A stretch of DNA of 62,357 nt, filler included, from Bipalium vagum (Eukaryota), in NCBI GenBank assembly GCA_037834085.1. It is 3 parts of 3 records of this genome, joined end to end, with 100 filler letters (N's around TTAATTAATTAA, not from the genome) between each part and the next. Parts side by side here need not be neighbours in the genome. Positions count along the whole stretch, not along the records: positions 16,912 to 39,485 come from JBBMKC010219576.1; positions 39,586 to 62,357 come from JBBMKC010216910.1; 1 more part is not named here. One strand, written 5' to 3'. The position numbers and the translations under genes are program-made. This document shows positions 27,290 to 41,183 of this stretch, in pieces. The notes below the pieces were generated by a model, which saw only the letters and a program-made list of their open reading frames with translations, was not told where the DNA came from and did not search any database. Positions within the stretch are counted from its first letter, which is position 1, and the number at the start of each line of letters is the position of its first letter.

Positions 27290-28030
27290 ACAAATCCATC
27301 GATTTTTCCAATTATCTTCAAAGATATTGTCTTTTGACATCCATTCTTGAAGGTATAATTCAAGCTAATCACTTTATACAACTTCCTAAAATTTTATTTG
27401 ATACTTTGCCTTGGCACAATATGATGCTATTGATTGAGTATTATTATGAGCAGTAATGTTGATACTGACCTATCATAAAAAAATCTTTTTATATATTTTC
27501 GATGAATTACATCTAATATCAGCAATTCCTAGAGTTCATAATCAGTTTTCCGTTTTCGATGATATTTTGCCTAAATAAGCTTTCATCAATATGACATTTA
27601 ATACCATTTCCACTTAAATAAATTGGATTTTCTAAGAAATATCTTGAACATTAATATCTTTAAAGCCAATTAGGACTTGATAATGAACATGAACTTCTGT
27701 CATAATTTCATTGTTTCATCCAATGTCGTGTCGATAATTAGTACTAGCAGTACTACAACGAAATGTAAAACCATCTTTATTTCTTGTATATATTTTAATT
27801 TTTATGTGTTTCGCACATGATTTGCAGGCTAAGACGTCTTTCAATATACATTTTGAAAATAAATATTGAATGATTACATTTGTTGTACTATTAATGGTGG
27901 GTTCAATATTATTTTTGTAAAAATAATCTTGCCTTTCTATAATAAAAAATTGAAAAATTATATACAAAATATGAAAATAAATAAATTCGAGCCTCTTTAT
28001 GTCGCCTTTTGTGAGTCAACTAAAATTCTG
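27290..28030 (-). mobile_element. Second Merlin-like transposase relic
   Basis: N-terminal CxxC..DGFTFRC zinc ribbon (ORF 27716-27967) and PIYLSGNGIKCHIDESLF motif (~27570-27630). Confidence 0.65.
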
Positions 28031-30305
28031 GATTTTTATGTATCTCATAATAAATACATTAAGTAATCGTGGTTGGGATCAGCAAATGCATCATTTTTTT
28101 CCTCTGTCATATATATTGTCTTCCATTATTTTAACCTTCGTGGAAAGCAAAAACATTCGAGATTTTATTTAATTCTCCTTTTCCTATTAAAAATATTTTT
28201 TATACTTTAATTTTATTAACCATTTTCAGCTTATTAATTAATTTACTAATTAAAATCCGTTATTTTCGTAATTAATTTTTTTATTTAATTTTTTTCCATC
28301 AATTAACAACCAACTCAAAACGAAAATACTTTTCCATCGCACAATCAAAGAAACTTATATTTTGGGAAAAATATTCTCGAGTTATAGGATAAACAATGGG
28401 GGGAATATTTTCGTATTCGTCTGGATAAATGAAACAGTCGTATCTCAAGTACACTTTGTCGCTCGCCGTACATCCCCAATGTCTTCGGCTGTAGGAGCAA
28501 CAGTTCTATAAACCTGGTCTGGCCATTCAATAATTTCTGAAATTGGGCCGACAGAAGATTTATATTTTATTCATTAAATAATTTAACATTCTCAGGGAAA
28601 GCTCGGCCGTCTATTTCTCCTAAACAAGCAAGAATTAAATTCCCGGGAAATGCTAACAGTAATCATAATATTATTAGTAGTATTAATATTAAAAAATAAT
28701 CATTACGATATTAATAATAATAATAAAATTATAATTAATATTATTAATCCGAAGAATATTGATCATATAAAATTCCTAATAAATATAATAAATGAGTTCT
28801 TGTATTGAATTTATTTGATGTTAATATGATAAAATGTGTCAATTAATTTTTATCAAACTTTACAATATTTGTAAATCTTTTAGAAGTGGCACAATTTCTT
28901 TTTAAAAATGGTGAATATTATTTTATTATTTTCTATTTTATTTATTAGTATTTAATTCTTTTTTTTATTACTATTTTATTTATTTATGGGTTATTTAAGG
29001 CATTAGTTCAATAATGGGGATAAATTAAAGTAAATATTAAGTATAAGTAATAAGTAAATACTTATTAATATTCATATTAATTATTATATATTTATGACAT
29101 TACGATTATTCAGCTTATTGTTGATCATCTCATGAGCAGTACCAAAACTTATTTGTAATTTTTCACCTATAATTCTCACTGTAATCCGACTGTCTTCTAA
29201 AATAAGTAATTCAATTAACGGTACTCATCGCTCACTGAAGTTCGCCCTCTTTAAATTTTTGGATTCATTTGTAGCAAGTCTTTCGTTTCATACAACTTTT
29301 CCCATATTATTTGGAAATCCTAGAATAAATATCCATTGGTTTTTCACCTTCAGCCAGCAAAAATCAGATCAATTAATGTTTTTCAAATATTTCGCACTTT
29401 TCAATTGGACTTGTTATCAGTTAATGAAATTTAATTAACTTAAACAAAATAATTTTAATGATTTACGTTATTGCACTTTCATTATAACGTTACAAACTTA
29501 CTGTCTAAAAATAATTCGAAATTTCATAGAAATTGCTCTCTTTATAAACCAGTTTGTGTCTTTAATTATTAATTATTTTTAATTATTTACCTTATTTAGT
29601 ATTAATATTATAAAATTATAACATAAAATAAAATAATTCATTTAATTGATACAGATTCATATACCTAACTGTTTGAAGTTAAAATTATTATTAGTAAATG
29701 ATAATAATAATTATTAAAAAATGCTTTAATTGAATTTTAAAATGAAATAAACAAAGAAATCAATTATTCCTTCATAAATTTAAATTACATCAATATTTTA
29801 TTTTATTTTTGAGCTATTACGAACGAATATCTTTCCTATTTCATTTTATCCGCGTATTATTATTATTATTATATTTTCATAAATTAATAAATAAAATAAC
29901 AAAAGTAAAAAAATCTTTAAATATCTTGCTTAATGAAATAAATCTAGAACAGTCTCTATTTTTCAATGTATTCTTTGGTGATGCAGAAATAAATAAATAA
30001 AAGAATGATTAGTAGGCAATATTTAGAGATCAAAAATAAAAATAATCCGCCAAACTTACTTAGATACACTAACTACATAATTAGAGATAAAAAAATTCTG
30101 TTTGTATCTCTCATTCTGGGAATGATAAAATGGGAATATCTCCCATTGGTAAGAGTATATTATTTCCCGATCTGAATCAAGGAAGCCATATGTTCGGATA
30201 TTTAAGACTAAATGAAATCTGTATTTTTTCTATAGGTAACATTAACTGTAATAACAAATATTGACGAAAAGAGAAAAAGATAATAATTGATATTTCTTAT
30301 TTTAG

Positions 30306-30564
30306 AATTGCTATTTTCCCAACGGTCCCAATTCTGCAGCTGGATTTATTAGAACATGTAATCTAATCGGTGGGTCTCGTTCTACCTTGATCAGGACACA
30401 GAATCCCAACTGTTGTGATGTGGCTTCAACTGGATCTGTAGGAAGATTTAATGACATGGACGATGACAGTGCCGACTCCGGAAAAGGAGGTAGCGAAGAC
30501 GATAATGGTCTTCATCAAATTCCTTTATTGGGTTCACATAACAGTTTTGATAGCAGTGGAAAAA
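30306..30564 (+). CDS. pcdh: Protocadherin coding exon 2 (cytoplasmic, CM1-like motif)
   Basis: ttttag| acceptor in phase 0 matches exon 1. Encodes ..DDDSADSGKGGSED.., resembling the delta-Pcdh DSGxGDS motif. Donor gtaaaa at 30565, phase 1. Confidence 0.85.
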
Positions 30565-30766
30565 GTAAAAAGAAATTTTCAACAAAATTAATGTTTCAAT
30601 AGGAATATTTTCTTATTTAAAACGTTTTCGGTTATTTTATAAAATTAATATTGTGCGTTGTGGTATTTCAAACAAAATCATTTGTTTTACTACTCCAATA
30701 CTTTAATTATTATCATGTTTGTATTCAAAGTTATGTGTTCTTGTAGGGATTAAATTTAAATTCTTA

Positions 30767-31872
30767 GATTGGTTCATATGAAATTTCGTTGTTTTATATA
30801 ATTTTTAGACGTCAAAAATAAGTGAGAAAACCTTTTATTTATTAAAATATACTTCATTAGTATCAACAAACAGTTACCAATGCTTTGTCTGTGCGATATT
30901 CCAGATTAAAAAAAAATCTTAGCCCTTACAATCACAGAATTGTTGGATGGCTTTTTTCAGATCTTTCTGATTAATAAAAACTTCTCAGTGTAGAAATTGA
31001 GTCACATGCTTGAATAGGTGGAAATCAGTTGGGTCTAAATAGAACGAATATAGTGAATGACGAAGAGGTTTGCAATTCATATTAGAAATTTTCCGAATAG
31101 TTTTTACTTAAAAATGAAGTCTGACAAAATGTCTTGTTTCAGTAGTTGGTATGTGGAAATAATCCGTAATACCATGAACATCACGTCAAGCAGATGTCAA
31201 GAGATCCTTTTTATAGATAAAGGGCTTTGGAACAAATTTGGGGTTTTAATTTTTGTCAACCCATTGGTACAATTTTTTTCGATTTTCGTAAGAGATCCAT
31301 TTTTCAACACACGATTTATGCTGTTCTTTTCCAGATACCCAAAGTATTACTTCAAGTTATTTATATTTTTCTGTCAATTTATTTTCAGTCTTTTTTCCAG
31401 CTTTCTGACTTTACCAATCGTATGAAGATGACGCAAAGATATTTTATGGTAAACATATAGATTTCTTCCAATTTCGTGAGATGTTTGACAAGATTCATGA
31501 TTAATAAAATTCTTCAAATCTTTGTTGTCAAGAACTGTTCCAGGTCTACCTCTTGGTTCAAGTCTTGAGTTGCCAGATCTGAATTGAATCGTTTTAATAA
31601 AAATTGCATGATCGTCATGTAATTTTTGATGCTTCGTAATAGCTGTCATGGAATTATTTACAAGTAGAAACGCGCAATGAATTGTAATCCTCATTTCATC
31701 ATTATACATTTCTTAAGCAAAATGTAAATATGGCACTAAAACTCGATTTCTGCAATCATTAATATTATTAAAAGAAATATCTTGCATTACGTCGTTAAAA
31801 TATGATTTAATTTATGGGATCTGATTCATTTCAAAAATGCAATAAAAAAACGTTATTTCATATGCACCAACG
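30767..31872 (-). mobile_element. Degenerate mariner in protocadherin intron 2
   Basis: TA-flanked TIRs (gattggttcatatgaaat / atttcatatgcaccaacg). ORF 31374-31709 is the HTH region (..LHTIGKVRKL); PTDFHLFK near the 3' end. Confidence 0.8.
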
Positions 31873-32049
31873 TAACAATATTGAAAACTAATTTTTAAAG
31901 TAATGAATTAAACAATCGTAAATTAAAAGTTAAATTAAAAATAAATAAATAAATAATAAAAAATGATAATTTGTAAAATAAATGAATAATTCATATCTTA
32001 ATTAAAATAAATCATTCATTTGCTTAAAAATTAAATAAAGGGAAACCAC

Positions 32050-33130
32050 TTTTCAAACTCCGGTTTTTTCATAAATCTATTACTCTAAATTTTGACTTAA
32101 TAAATTCAAACAATAGGGAAACTGTTGTAGTTACTGACATGTTGACCAACAACTCATAGGTGTAATGAAGAAACCTCTGCACTCTAGAATTTTCCGAAAA
32201 GATTATAACATCTAAAAGTCTATCAAAATATGCACCAAATACTTTGAGTGTATTGGCATGAGGAATAAAGAAAATGTTTTTTTGGTAGTTGTTACTACTT
32301 TTACAGTTACTATCAATTCTTTTGATAAAATTGTTCATTTAATGAAAAAAAGTTTACAGTTTCAAGAGAGATAATCCTAAACAGTTGCTAAAAACTAATG
32401 ATGCTATGAAATGTGTAAATGTTTCAAACTACTTTAGATCTCATTGACAAACACCTTACTTTTCATGAATATACTCATAAGAATGTTGAGATCGATTCAT
32501 TTAATAAACAATTTTGACTTTTAGTCTAGTTAAATAGGCTGTACAAAAAGATTAGATGAATCAATAAACTTTAACATGGGTTTTGTAACATTTTATTTTC
32601 AAATAATAATGAAATTATTAATATTATGATAATATTTTAACTTCTGTTATCTTTCGACCCGCTCTGCAAGTAATAAATTTTACGTGGTTAAACAGCGAGC
32701 AGTAATGATAGAAATCCGTTGTCGCAAGGTATAGGGAATATCATTAGTGTGGAAGAACCTTTCAATCGAGCTCTTGAAGGACAGTTATGAAGATAATTCC
32801 TGTTTGCGGTTTCTAGTTATTATGGAAAAGAGAGACTTTGGGTTTGTTCTGACTTTTCTCTTTCATAATGTCGTTTACTCAACTACAGTTGACAAATAGA
32901 TCAATAAAGCGGACATCACATGTGCCTTGGTTGCTCTGGAAATCTCTTTCAGCATTAATAAAACATTTCCTTCTATAGAGTACTTTTTGATAGAAGGTAC
33001 TGGCGCATTTTGATTTTGTTAATTAGTTCATCTTAATGTCGACATATTTTAAAAAACCTCTGTGTAATCAAATCATGGGAATTTTAACTTTTAATCAGAA
33101 TACGCTGGGTTCTGGACAGTTATGACAACA
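32050..33130 (-). mobile_element. Decayed non-LTR (LINE) reverse-transcriptase remnant
   Basis: LKVFGAYFDRLL resembles the LINE RT KYLGxxFDxxL motif; an FQSNQGT-like tract lies upstream; many stops. Confidence 0.4.
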
Positions 33131-35250
33131 AAGGAATGCAATAAATATTTTCTTCTATATTAAATCATTAATACCCCTAAAATATGTTATTATTTTCTCT
33201 AATCTATTTTTGAAATAATTTAAAGATTTTTTTCAATTTCTTGTAGAGTGTAACGCATAAAGTCATACTTTGTTTTTATTAATGTTATACATAAAAAGTG
33301 TAAAGTATGATGCAGGGTTTATCAAATTTCCCATAAAAATCTAAAAAATATTTTTGAAGAATATAACGAGTCAAAATAAAAAATTATATATAATTATATA
33401 ATTTAATTAAATTAATATTTGTTTTATTTTATGACTTTATCATAAATTTATCATTCTAAAACGTCTCTCACATTCAAACAAATTAAACAATATCAAAATA
33501 ACCTGCGCGATTTTCAGGAATGTATAATTAACTTATTATTAAGGTTTTATTTATATAAAATTGTGATCATATTCAGTTCTTGTTCATTTATTTATATTTT
33601 ATTATATAAAAAATAATAATAGAAAGGTTTCAAAAAATTATATAAAAACAAAAATAAATGTTTGAGATGAATTTGTAATTGGTAATGTGAAGAAAGGGGT
33701 TTTACGGAAAAAGTGGAAAACCAGAAAAAATTAAAATTATAAATAATTATAAAGTATAAATAATTTTGAAAAAGAAAACAATTTCTTCTGATAACTTTCT
33801 TAATAAATTTCAAAATGACTTTAAGAGACTTTTTAAGACAATTAAAATTTTGGTTTACAACTCTGTTCGTACTTCAAACAGACTTTAATAAAACTCTTTC
33901 CTTTGCCATAGAATAAGGAGAATAATTAATTACAAATAATTGACAATAATTTAATGGAAAATGTACATATATTAACATAATTGGAAAATTAATTAACAAT
34001 TTCAATTTGAAAAAAAAATAAACAAAAATATATTTGAAAAAATGTTAATCAGTAAAATATGTAAAATAAATATTTAATAAATAAATTATTTATTTATTAA
34101 TTAACTTAATTTATTAATAATATTAATGTTATAAATATTATATTAATAATAATAATATTACGTATTATATAATAATAATTATTAATTAAATTGATTAATT
34201 ATTAATCGTAATATTATAAATATTATATTTAAAAATATTATTAATAAATAAATAAATAATTCAATAATTAAATTAATTTATTAAATTATTAAATAAAAAA
34301 TCGATATTTACATTTTTAAATGATAAATCGTTTTGAAAAAGAATAAAAATTAATATACGAAAAAAATAAATAAATTTTATTATTTATTTATTGGGAATAA
34401 AATATTTCCGTAATAAAGTTATCAAATCTGCCTTTCGGATTACATTTTGTTCGAGTTTTACAAATTTTCTTTCAGCTACATAAATACGAAGATTAATAAA
34501 GGTTTTCAAAATATTTTCCGTTGTAATATTTAGGAAAAATAAATTAAAACAATTTAATTGAACATAAATAATAATCATATGATAAATGATCAGATCAATT
34601 TTCGAAGATCAAGATTAACCTTGGACATGTTTGAGGTAGATGCAAAAACCTGTTTTGTAAGTAGTCACGATTTGTAAGTAGTTATGATGAATATTGTATA
34701 AGGGGTACAAATTAATAATGCGGATTTATTTAAAATAGATTCAGTGCGATACTGAAATAAAATTGTGAATTGAAATATAAATCAATTTGTTTCAATAATA
34801 TCTAATTAATAGGGTAATCATTTAAATTTTAACAATATGTTAATAATTTCAAATTTTATAGATCTGTCAACATTTACGCCAACCAAAGAACACTTGCAGG
34901 ACGTTATGAACAAATTATTTTTTATTTTTTTTTCGAAATTACCATGCTTTGATTAATAAAAAATTCCTCATTATTTATTTGTACCCCTCATATTTTTGTG
35001 AAAGTTGGTTTGGTACCAGGACAAAAAAGAAAGAAAGGGAAATATTATACGAAAAACAAAGACAGGCATTGAAAAGTGGAGAGAAATCTTATAATATTGA
35101 TGATAAATAAAAAATATTTTCAATTCATCAAACTCTGACTTGTTCCCATCTCATTATCATTTAAAATATTAAATTTATGACTGTCTTACTGAGATATCAG
35201 AATTAAAATGTCACTTTTATGAAATTTTATTCAAGTGTTACTTTAACCAG

Positions 35251-35591
35251 ACAGGCTTTACACCACAATGCCATATCAGAGCCGAACGATTGGGAGCAGT
35301 CGTTTAGGACCCCGTGGACGAGGGACAATTCCTCACCCTATAAACCACTGTCCTTGTTATGTGCTCCCTGAAGACAGTGTCGTTCAGTCAGATCAAAACA
35401 ATGTCATTTGCCAGACCTCAAATTCTCAGTCAAGCTCCGTTGAAAACATGAAATCACTGCTTGACAAATGTGTCAATTCCCCTCACTACAATAGTTGCAT
35501 TCCACAAGATTACCATCTTGCTAAATCTGCCGCCGCCATGACGAAGGATTCGATGTCCATCACATCCAAATTCGAGTCCAGCCACATTTAG
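35251..35591 (+). CDS. pcdh: Protocadherin terminal coding exon 3
   Basis: taaccag| acceptor in phase 1 matches exon 2. Ends ..KFESSHI* (class I PDZ-binding-like end). Followed by a (GA)n tract and AATAAA at ~35879-35897. Confidence 0.8.
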
Positions 35592-38564
35592 CGAAACTGA
35601 ACGTGGACATTCAGATCATGCTCTCTTTTGCGTCAAGCAGGATCCCTCGTTGTGAACGAGGGGCCAAGAGAGCGAGAGAGAGAGAGAGACTGGTGTTTTC
35701 CAACAATGTGTGATTATCGTAAATCAATATATTATTTGTTTTATTTCAGTCACTCAATGCCAATCATTTGGGCTTTGAAATAATACTAGATTTTTTCCTT
35801 TTTTAATTTCCTAGCTGATTTTTCTGATGAAATAATTTTATAAAATTATAATTAGCTTGATTTGTAAATATTTCCACGAATAAATTATTAAAATAAATTG
35901 CATTTTTGAAAATAATTAAAAATAATATTGTTTTACTTTTGGCAATTAATATTACAATTTTTATTGATTTTTTGTTTTAATTTTTACTTTTTGGCTCATC
36001 TTACAATTTCTGGACGCTGCTTGGAAAACGATCCACTGTAAAGGCTTAGATTATTTGAAGGGCTTTATCTTGTTATTTTCCTTGGAAAAATTAATGAATA
36101 ACCCAAATAATACCTTATCAAATTTGTTGGCCCTCATATTGAGTTATAAGTGAAACTGGAATATTTAAACAAAATATTTTTAAGTTGACAATCAATTATC
36201 ACTAAAATAATATTATTGTTTAAGAAGTGTTTGAGATAGTAATGGTAGTAATATTCATTGGGAACCCATTTCCTCTGATTTATATAAACCCCATTTAATT
36301 ATAAACTCGTTGAGTTTTTTATCAAGGATATTGAATCATAAAAGAATCAAGACTTCTACGAAAGATAACAGATTAATTATTCTATTTGATCCGATTTTAT
36401 TTTTGATTTTAATAATCAATTAAAAAAAGAATTTAAAACGGGAAAAGTTAATTAAGAAAACTATTTGATCTAAATTTAGGGGAAATAAAATACGTATATA
36501 TATGTTATTATTTTTCTATTAATATCAAGTTTGTTTTAATTAAAAATAATACATTAAAAAATTCTCAGTATTAAATAATAATAATAATATTAATTAGTAT
36601 TTTTATTTAATTATTATTATAATTATTTGATGAAGTATACTATTAAAATAAGTAATCTAATTTTAGATTGTTTTTAAAATTTCAAATTTAAACAAACAAG
36701 CCTAAAAAAATTTAAAATTTTTCATTTCTTCTTTTTCATTTCATCTTCTCATTTGTTTTGATATTTCTAAAATTATAAATATATAATAATAATTAAAAAA
36801 ATAAAAAAAATCAACCTGCATCTGTTGAAACATTGATTTTGTAATTTTTATATTTCTCTTACCACAACGACTTGGAAAAGGTTTCACTAATTTTCTTTTT
36901 ACAACTGATTTCTGTCGACCCTTGAAATCTTGATTTGTCTTACCGAGTCAAAGTTTAACCCATCACCGCTTTTATTATTAATCTTTTTATAATTTTAATT
37001 TTTAAAATTTATTTAAAATCAAAAATTAAGAAAATAAATAAATAAATATTTTTATAAAAAAAATAAAATTTTTTAAAAACTAAAAATAAATGCGGAATAA
37101 GAAAAATAATAAACTAAATTTATCTGTTAAATAATAAACGGACATAATTCTCTAAATAATGTTGAAAATAATAAATTTAAAATCAGAATATATTTTCTGA
37201 AAAAAAAAGAAAATATATTCTTTATTTTTTGCAATATTTTTCATGCACATTGATATCGAAAAAATAATAATGTTATTAAAACTGAAGAAAAAAAATTGAT
37301 TAATTTTTAAAATAAATATAATTTTGGTTAAAATATTTTCATGATAGTGAAGATTTAAAAATATTTTCTATTTATATTGTTTTTTTAATCAAAGTATTTC
37401 CTAGTGTGAAGAAAAAACAAATATTTTAGTGTTGATAATCTTTTCAATTATCGCGAAATATGACAGGAAAAATCATGTTATAAAATGGGAAAAATATAAT
37501 TCCACAAAATCTGAATATTAATCTCATCCTTTTGTACAGGAGAATATTATTAATATACACAATATACACATTTATATATCTCAGATCGAAATGGAAATAT
37601 CATAAAAAGGGGGATTTATTATGCATATTCTGTGACAAAAATAAATTATATTTAATTCTTTTTAATTCCTTTATCCAATAGTAAAAATTCATTTGAATTT
37701 TTTAAAATAATAATAATAATTATTATTATTTTTATGTTTTGTTGTAAGCTGAAATATAAAAATTTTATTTCAGCAAAGAAAATTCTTCAAATTCTTTTAA
37801 AATAAATAAGAGAATATTATTTCCTTACTTGAAATATTATTTATATTTTCTTTAAAAATACTTACAACTTAAGGTTGTACTAACTTCAATAAAATTCCTT
37901 TATTAATTTAATAATTATAATTAATAATAAATTATTTAAATATTTATACCAAAAAGTGATGATTTTTTAAAAATATTTTTTATATTGAAAATTATAAACT
38001 ATTTTCCCATTTTGATGACTATCAACAGATTTTGTTTTTCATTGGAAAGGTAAACGATAAAATTTCAACTTGATATTCAATATTTGTTACACAATCATCA
38101 CCAAGGTTCTTTTAGAGGAAAATAAACTTTGTGATCCGGACCTGATATTCTTCATCCCACATTATTTTAATTTTATATACAAATGACTGAGAAATGTCAT
38201 CATTTGTTTATTTCTTCCCCTGTACATATATTTTATTATTGTAAAAATTTACAAAATAATTTTTTAACTTTTGCTTTGTTTAATTTTTTTACTATATTCC
38301 TATAGAAAATAATTTCTCTCGTGATGATTCATTAGACATTTTCTAAAAATAGTAAATAAATCAATGACGTCAGATGTCAGTGTGTATTTTATTGACAGTT
38401 TACAACGATTTTTGAAATTAATATTTCACATTATTTTTACAGATCACGGAGCTTAAGCAACTCCCGTTGATTGTTAAATTTATAGAAATTATATAACTAA
38501 ATCAATTTTATTACATTTACATTACATTATATACCTTGGTCTTTTAGTATTACTTTCGTTTATA

Positions 38565-39190
38565 ATAGGATGAGTATAAAGTCTTTTTATTGTTTTTTAT
38601 GAGAAAATATTATATACAGCATTTATAACACAAATAATGTTATTCCTCGAAATACATTCCATCATTTTTGATGATTTGAATCCATCTTTCTACCAATGTT
38701 GAAATCTCATGTCAATACCAGTCAGGCATGTTAAAGGGAAAAAAACAAGCAATTCCAGCCTAAACCTCTTCCTCTGAGGAGAATTATCTCCCTGATTTTC
38801 TGATTTACAATACTTGAAGTGTAAGCTGGAGCATTGACATGCTGTAGGATTGCTCTATTGCGATTTAATAGTGATGCTTAGTGGGTACTCAAAGCATCAT
38901 AATCTCACTATAATTGATAGGCATAAAGATAGCCATCAATAGCTTTTCCATCTGGAACAAGTTCCCAATGTACAGGTCCCTCATAATTCCACCAAATATA
39001 CAACATCGCTTTCTTTTCGAAGAGACATACAGAGACAACATGCTGATCTGGATGACCAGGCAGAAACTACTTCTTTCCTTCACTGGAATACGAATGAAAA
39101 CCAACTTTTAATCTGCTGTAATTATTCTCTTCCAAAACCGAATGTCTCTGGGGTTATTGATTAAATCACGACATGGTTGTATTTTCTTTG
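38565..39190 (-). mobile_element. Mariner 3' fragment
   Basis: Minus-strand VFIRIPVKERSSF..KRKRCCIFGGIM (degenerate WVxY..KxMLCxWW) region; truncated near the microsatellite and spacer. Confidence 0.6.
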
Positions 39191-39289
39191 TTTGTCTTAT
39201 TTGAAAAATCAGATATTTCGAGTGGCAGCTGTTGCTATTGGGCATTTTTTCTAGTAATATTTTAATAATAATTGAACAACTGCTGGCAG

Positions 39290-39290
39290 A

Positions 39291-39329
<39 letters not shown>

Positions 39330-39485
39330 TAATAACTGTTAATAATATTAGAAGTGGTACTATTAATTATTATTATTATTATTATTATTAGTAGTAGTAG
39401 TAGTTGTAGTAGTAGTAGCATAATACCATTACTATTTATTATTATTATTCTTATTATTATTATTATTCTTATTATTATTATTATT
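39290..39485. repeat. Compound (AAT)n/(ATT)n/(AGT)n microsatellite at a contig end
   Basis: Direct observation. Confidence 0.9.
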
Positions 39486-39585
39486 NNNNNNNNNNNNNNN
39501 NNNNNNNNNNNNNNNNNNNNNNNNNNNNNTTAATTAATTAANNNNNNNNNNNNNNNNNNNNNNNNNNNNNNNNNNNNNNNNNNNN
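39486..39585. other. Artificial 100-bp contig-joining spacer N44-TTAATTAATTAA-N44
   Basis: Identical to 16812-16911. Confidence 0.95.
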
Positions 39586-41183
39586 CACTCAAATTTTAAC
39601 TTCGAACGTACGCGCACTAAATCCTTCTGAATTTACATAAAGTTTATGTTAAGTTCCTAAAAGTCCACTATCGATATTCTTAATCCAATAATCTTAAAAA
39701 GTCCAATTTCGATATTCTTAACCCGATTAAATATTAATTATTTTCATTTTCATATAAAATTATCTTTTTAGGTTGACACTTAACATTATGATTGATTCTC
39801 TCTTCTCGGTAGAGCAATCTTCACCAAAATATGCAAGAATAAAAAAAGAATATCATCCAGACAGTTATTTTGCTATATTCATAGTATTTAATATCTAGTG
39901 CTTTTGGATTCATGACACCTCAATCTAAGCATTATTCTTTAGTTATTTTATTTCGATTCTTCCTCACAATTACTAAACTCCGTGGGGCTTAACTGAATAT
40001 AAATCCAGCTTTCTTTTCAGAATTCACATAAATTTCTGGAAATTCTTCTTTTAGTTGATTTAACTAAAATTTAGCTTTAACTGAATAATAATCTTCCTTT
40101 GTTTTTAACTTCCATTCTAGTTGTAAAAAACTAGGATTAGTAAAGTGTGAAATTTGCTTGTCTATTTATACTATTTTTCCTACTGCTTTCGAATGTTAAA
40201 GTCAAAAAACTACAAAAACTAAGCGAATTTTCATCAATATTCCTTAATTTAGACATAAAAACAATTAAATACTGTTCAACCCTATAAGGAAAAGATATCT
40301 TTCATAAAAATCTCATTTAGACTTCACAAGCAAGAGTACTTTACTCTTTAATCTTTGATATATATTGCATGCAAATTCTAAAATAATATTTTTTATCACC
40401 CGTGGTTTTTGATACTCAACCACCCAACATTGCAAATCGAAACCTGTTTAAGTTAATCTTTAAAATAAACAAAACAAATCAATTTTTAGATTAAATTTAC
40501 ACAAAGCTTGCAAGAAAGTGAGAAAATGACTAAAAAAAATTGGTCTTTATTTTTCAGTCATTTATAATAACGTACTTTATAAATAAACGGTAAATTAATG
40601 TGACCTATTCTGTAAGATTCTACGAAGACCACAATATTTCATTATAATTGTGGCCTACCGTTATTTCGCATATCAGAAAGCTCCAGTGTTTAATTAATAC
40701 TTCTTATGGATATAAAAAGGGAAGTAATGTCAGAAACAATGTCAGTTTAAAAAATACGATTTAAACAATTTCTTTTTGGTAAATAAAAAAATCATTTGGA
40801 AATCGATATTTATATTATTTCAATTCTCTTAAGTTATTATAAAATAATATTTGCTATTTATAATTATTAGTGTTATTAATTTTCTTTAAACGGAATTTAG
40901 TCAAATTTTAATTCGAGTTACTTGTTAAATATATAAATTTAATTGAGATTTTTACATTCTAATATGGGTACCTCCTTTATTAAAATATTTAATTTAGTTT
41001 AAGTACTTTAAAATTTATTTTCTATAGTGAGTAAATTATAAAATAAAAATATTTTCTTCGTATCCACTCTGATACTCGCAATAAATATACACTAAATTTT
41101 ATTGTTTTAACAGATCTCTTCAACATTCTTAAGAATCGTTTATTTTAAATCATTAAATTCTTAGAACTAATTTAGAGCGTTAA

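Noticed and set aside
39586-40480. Possible retroelement remnant plus a 39-bp tandem duplication (~39660-39725)
   Set aside because: Only vague motif resemblance with many stops; the family cannot be supported.
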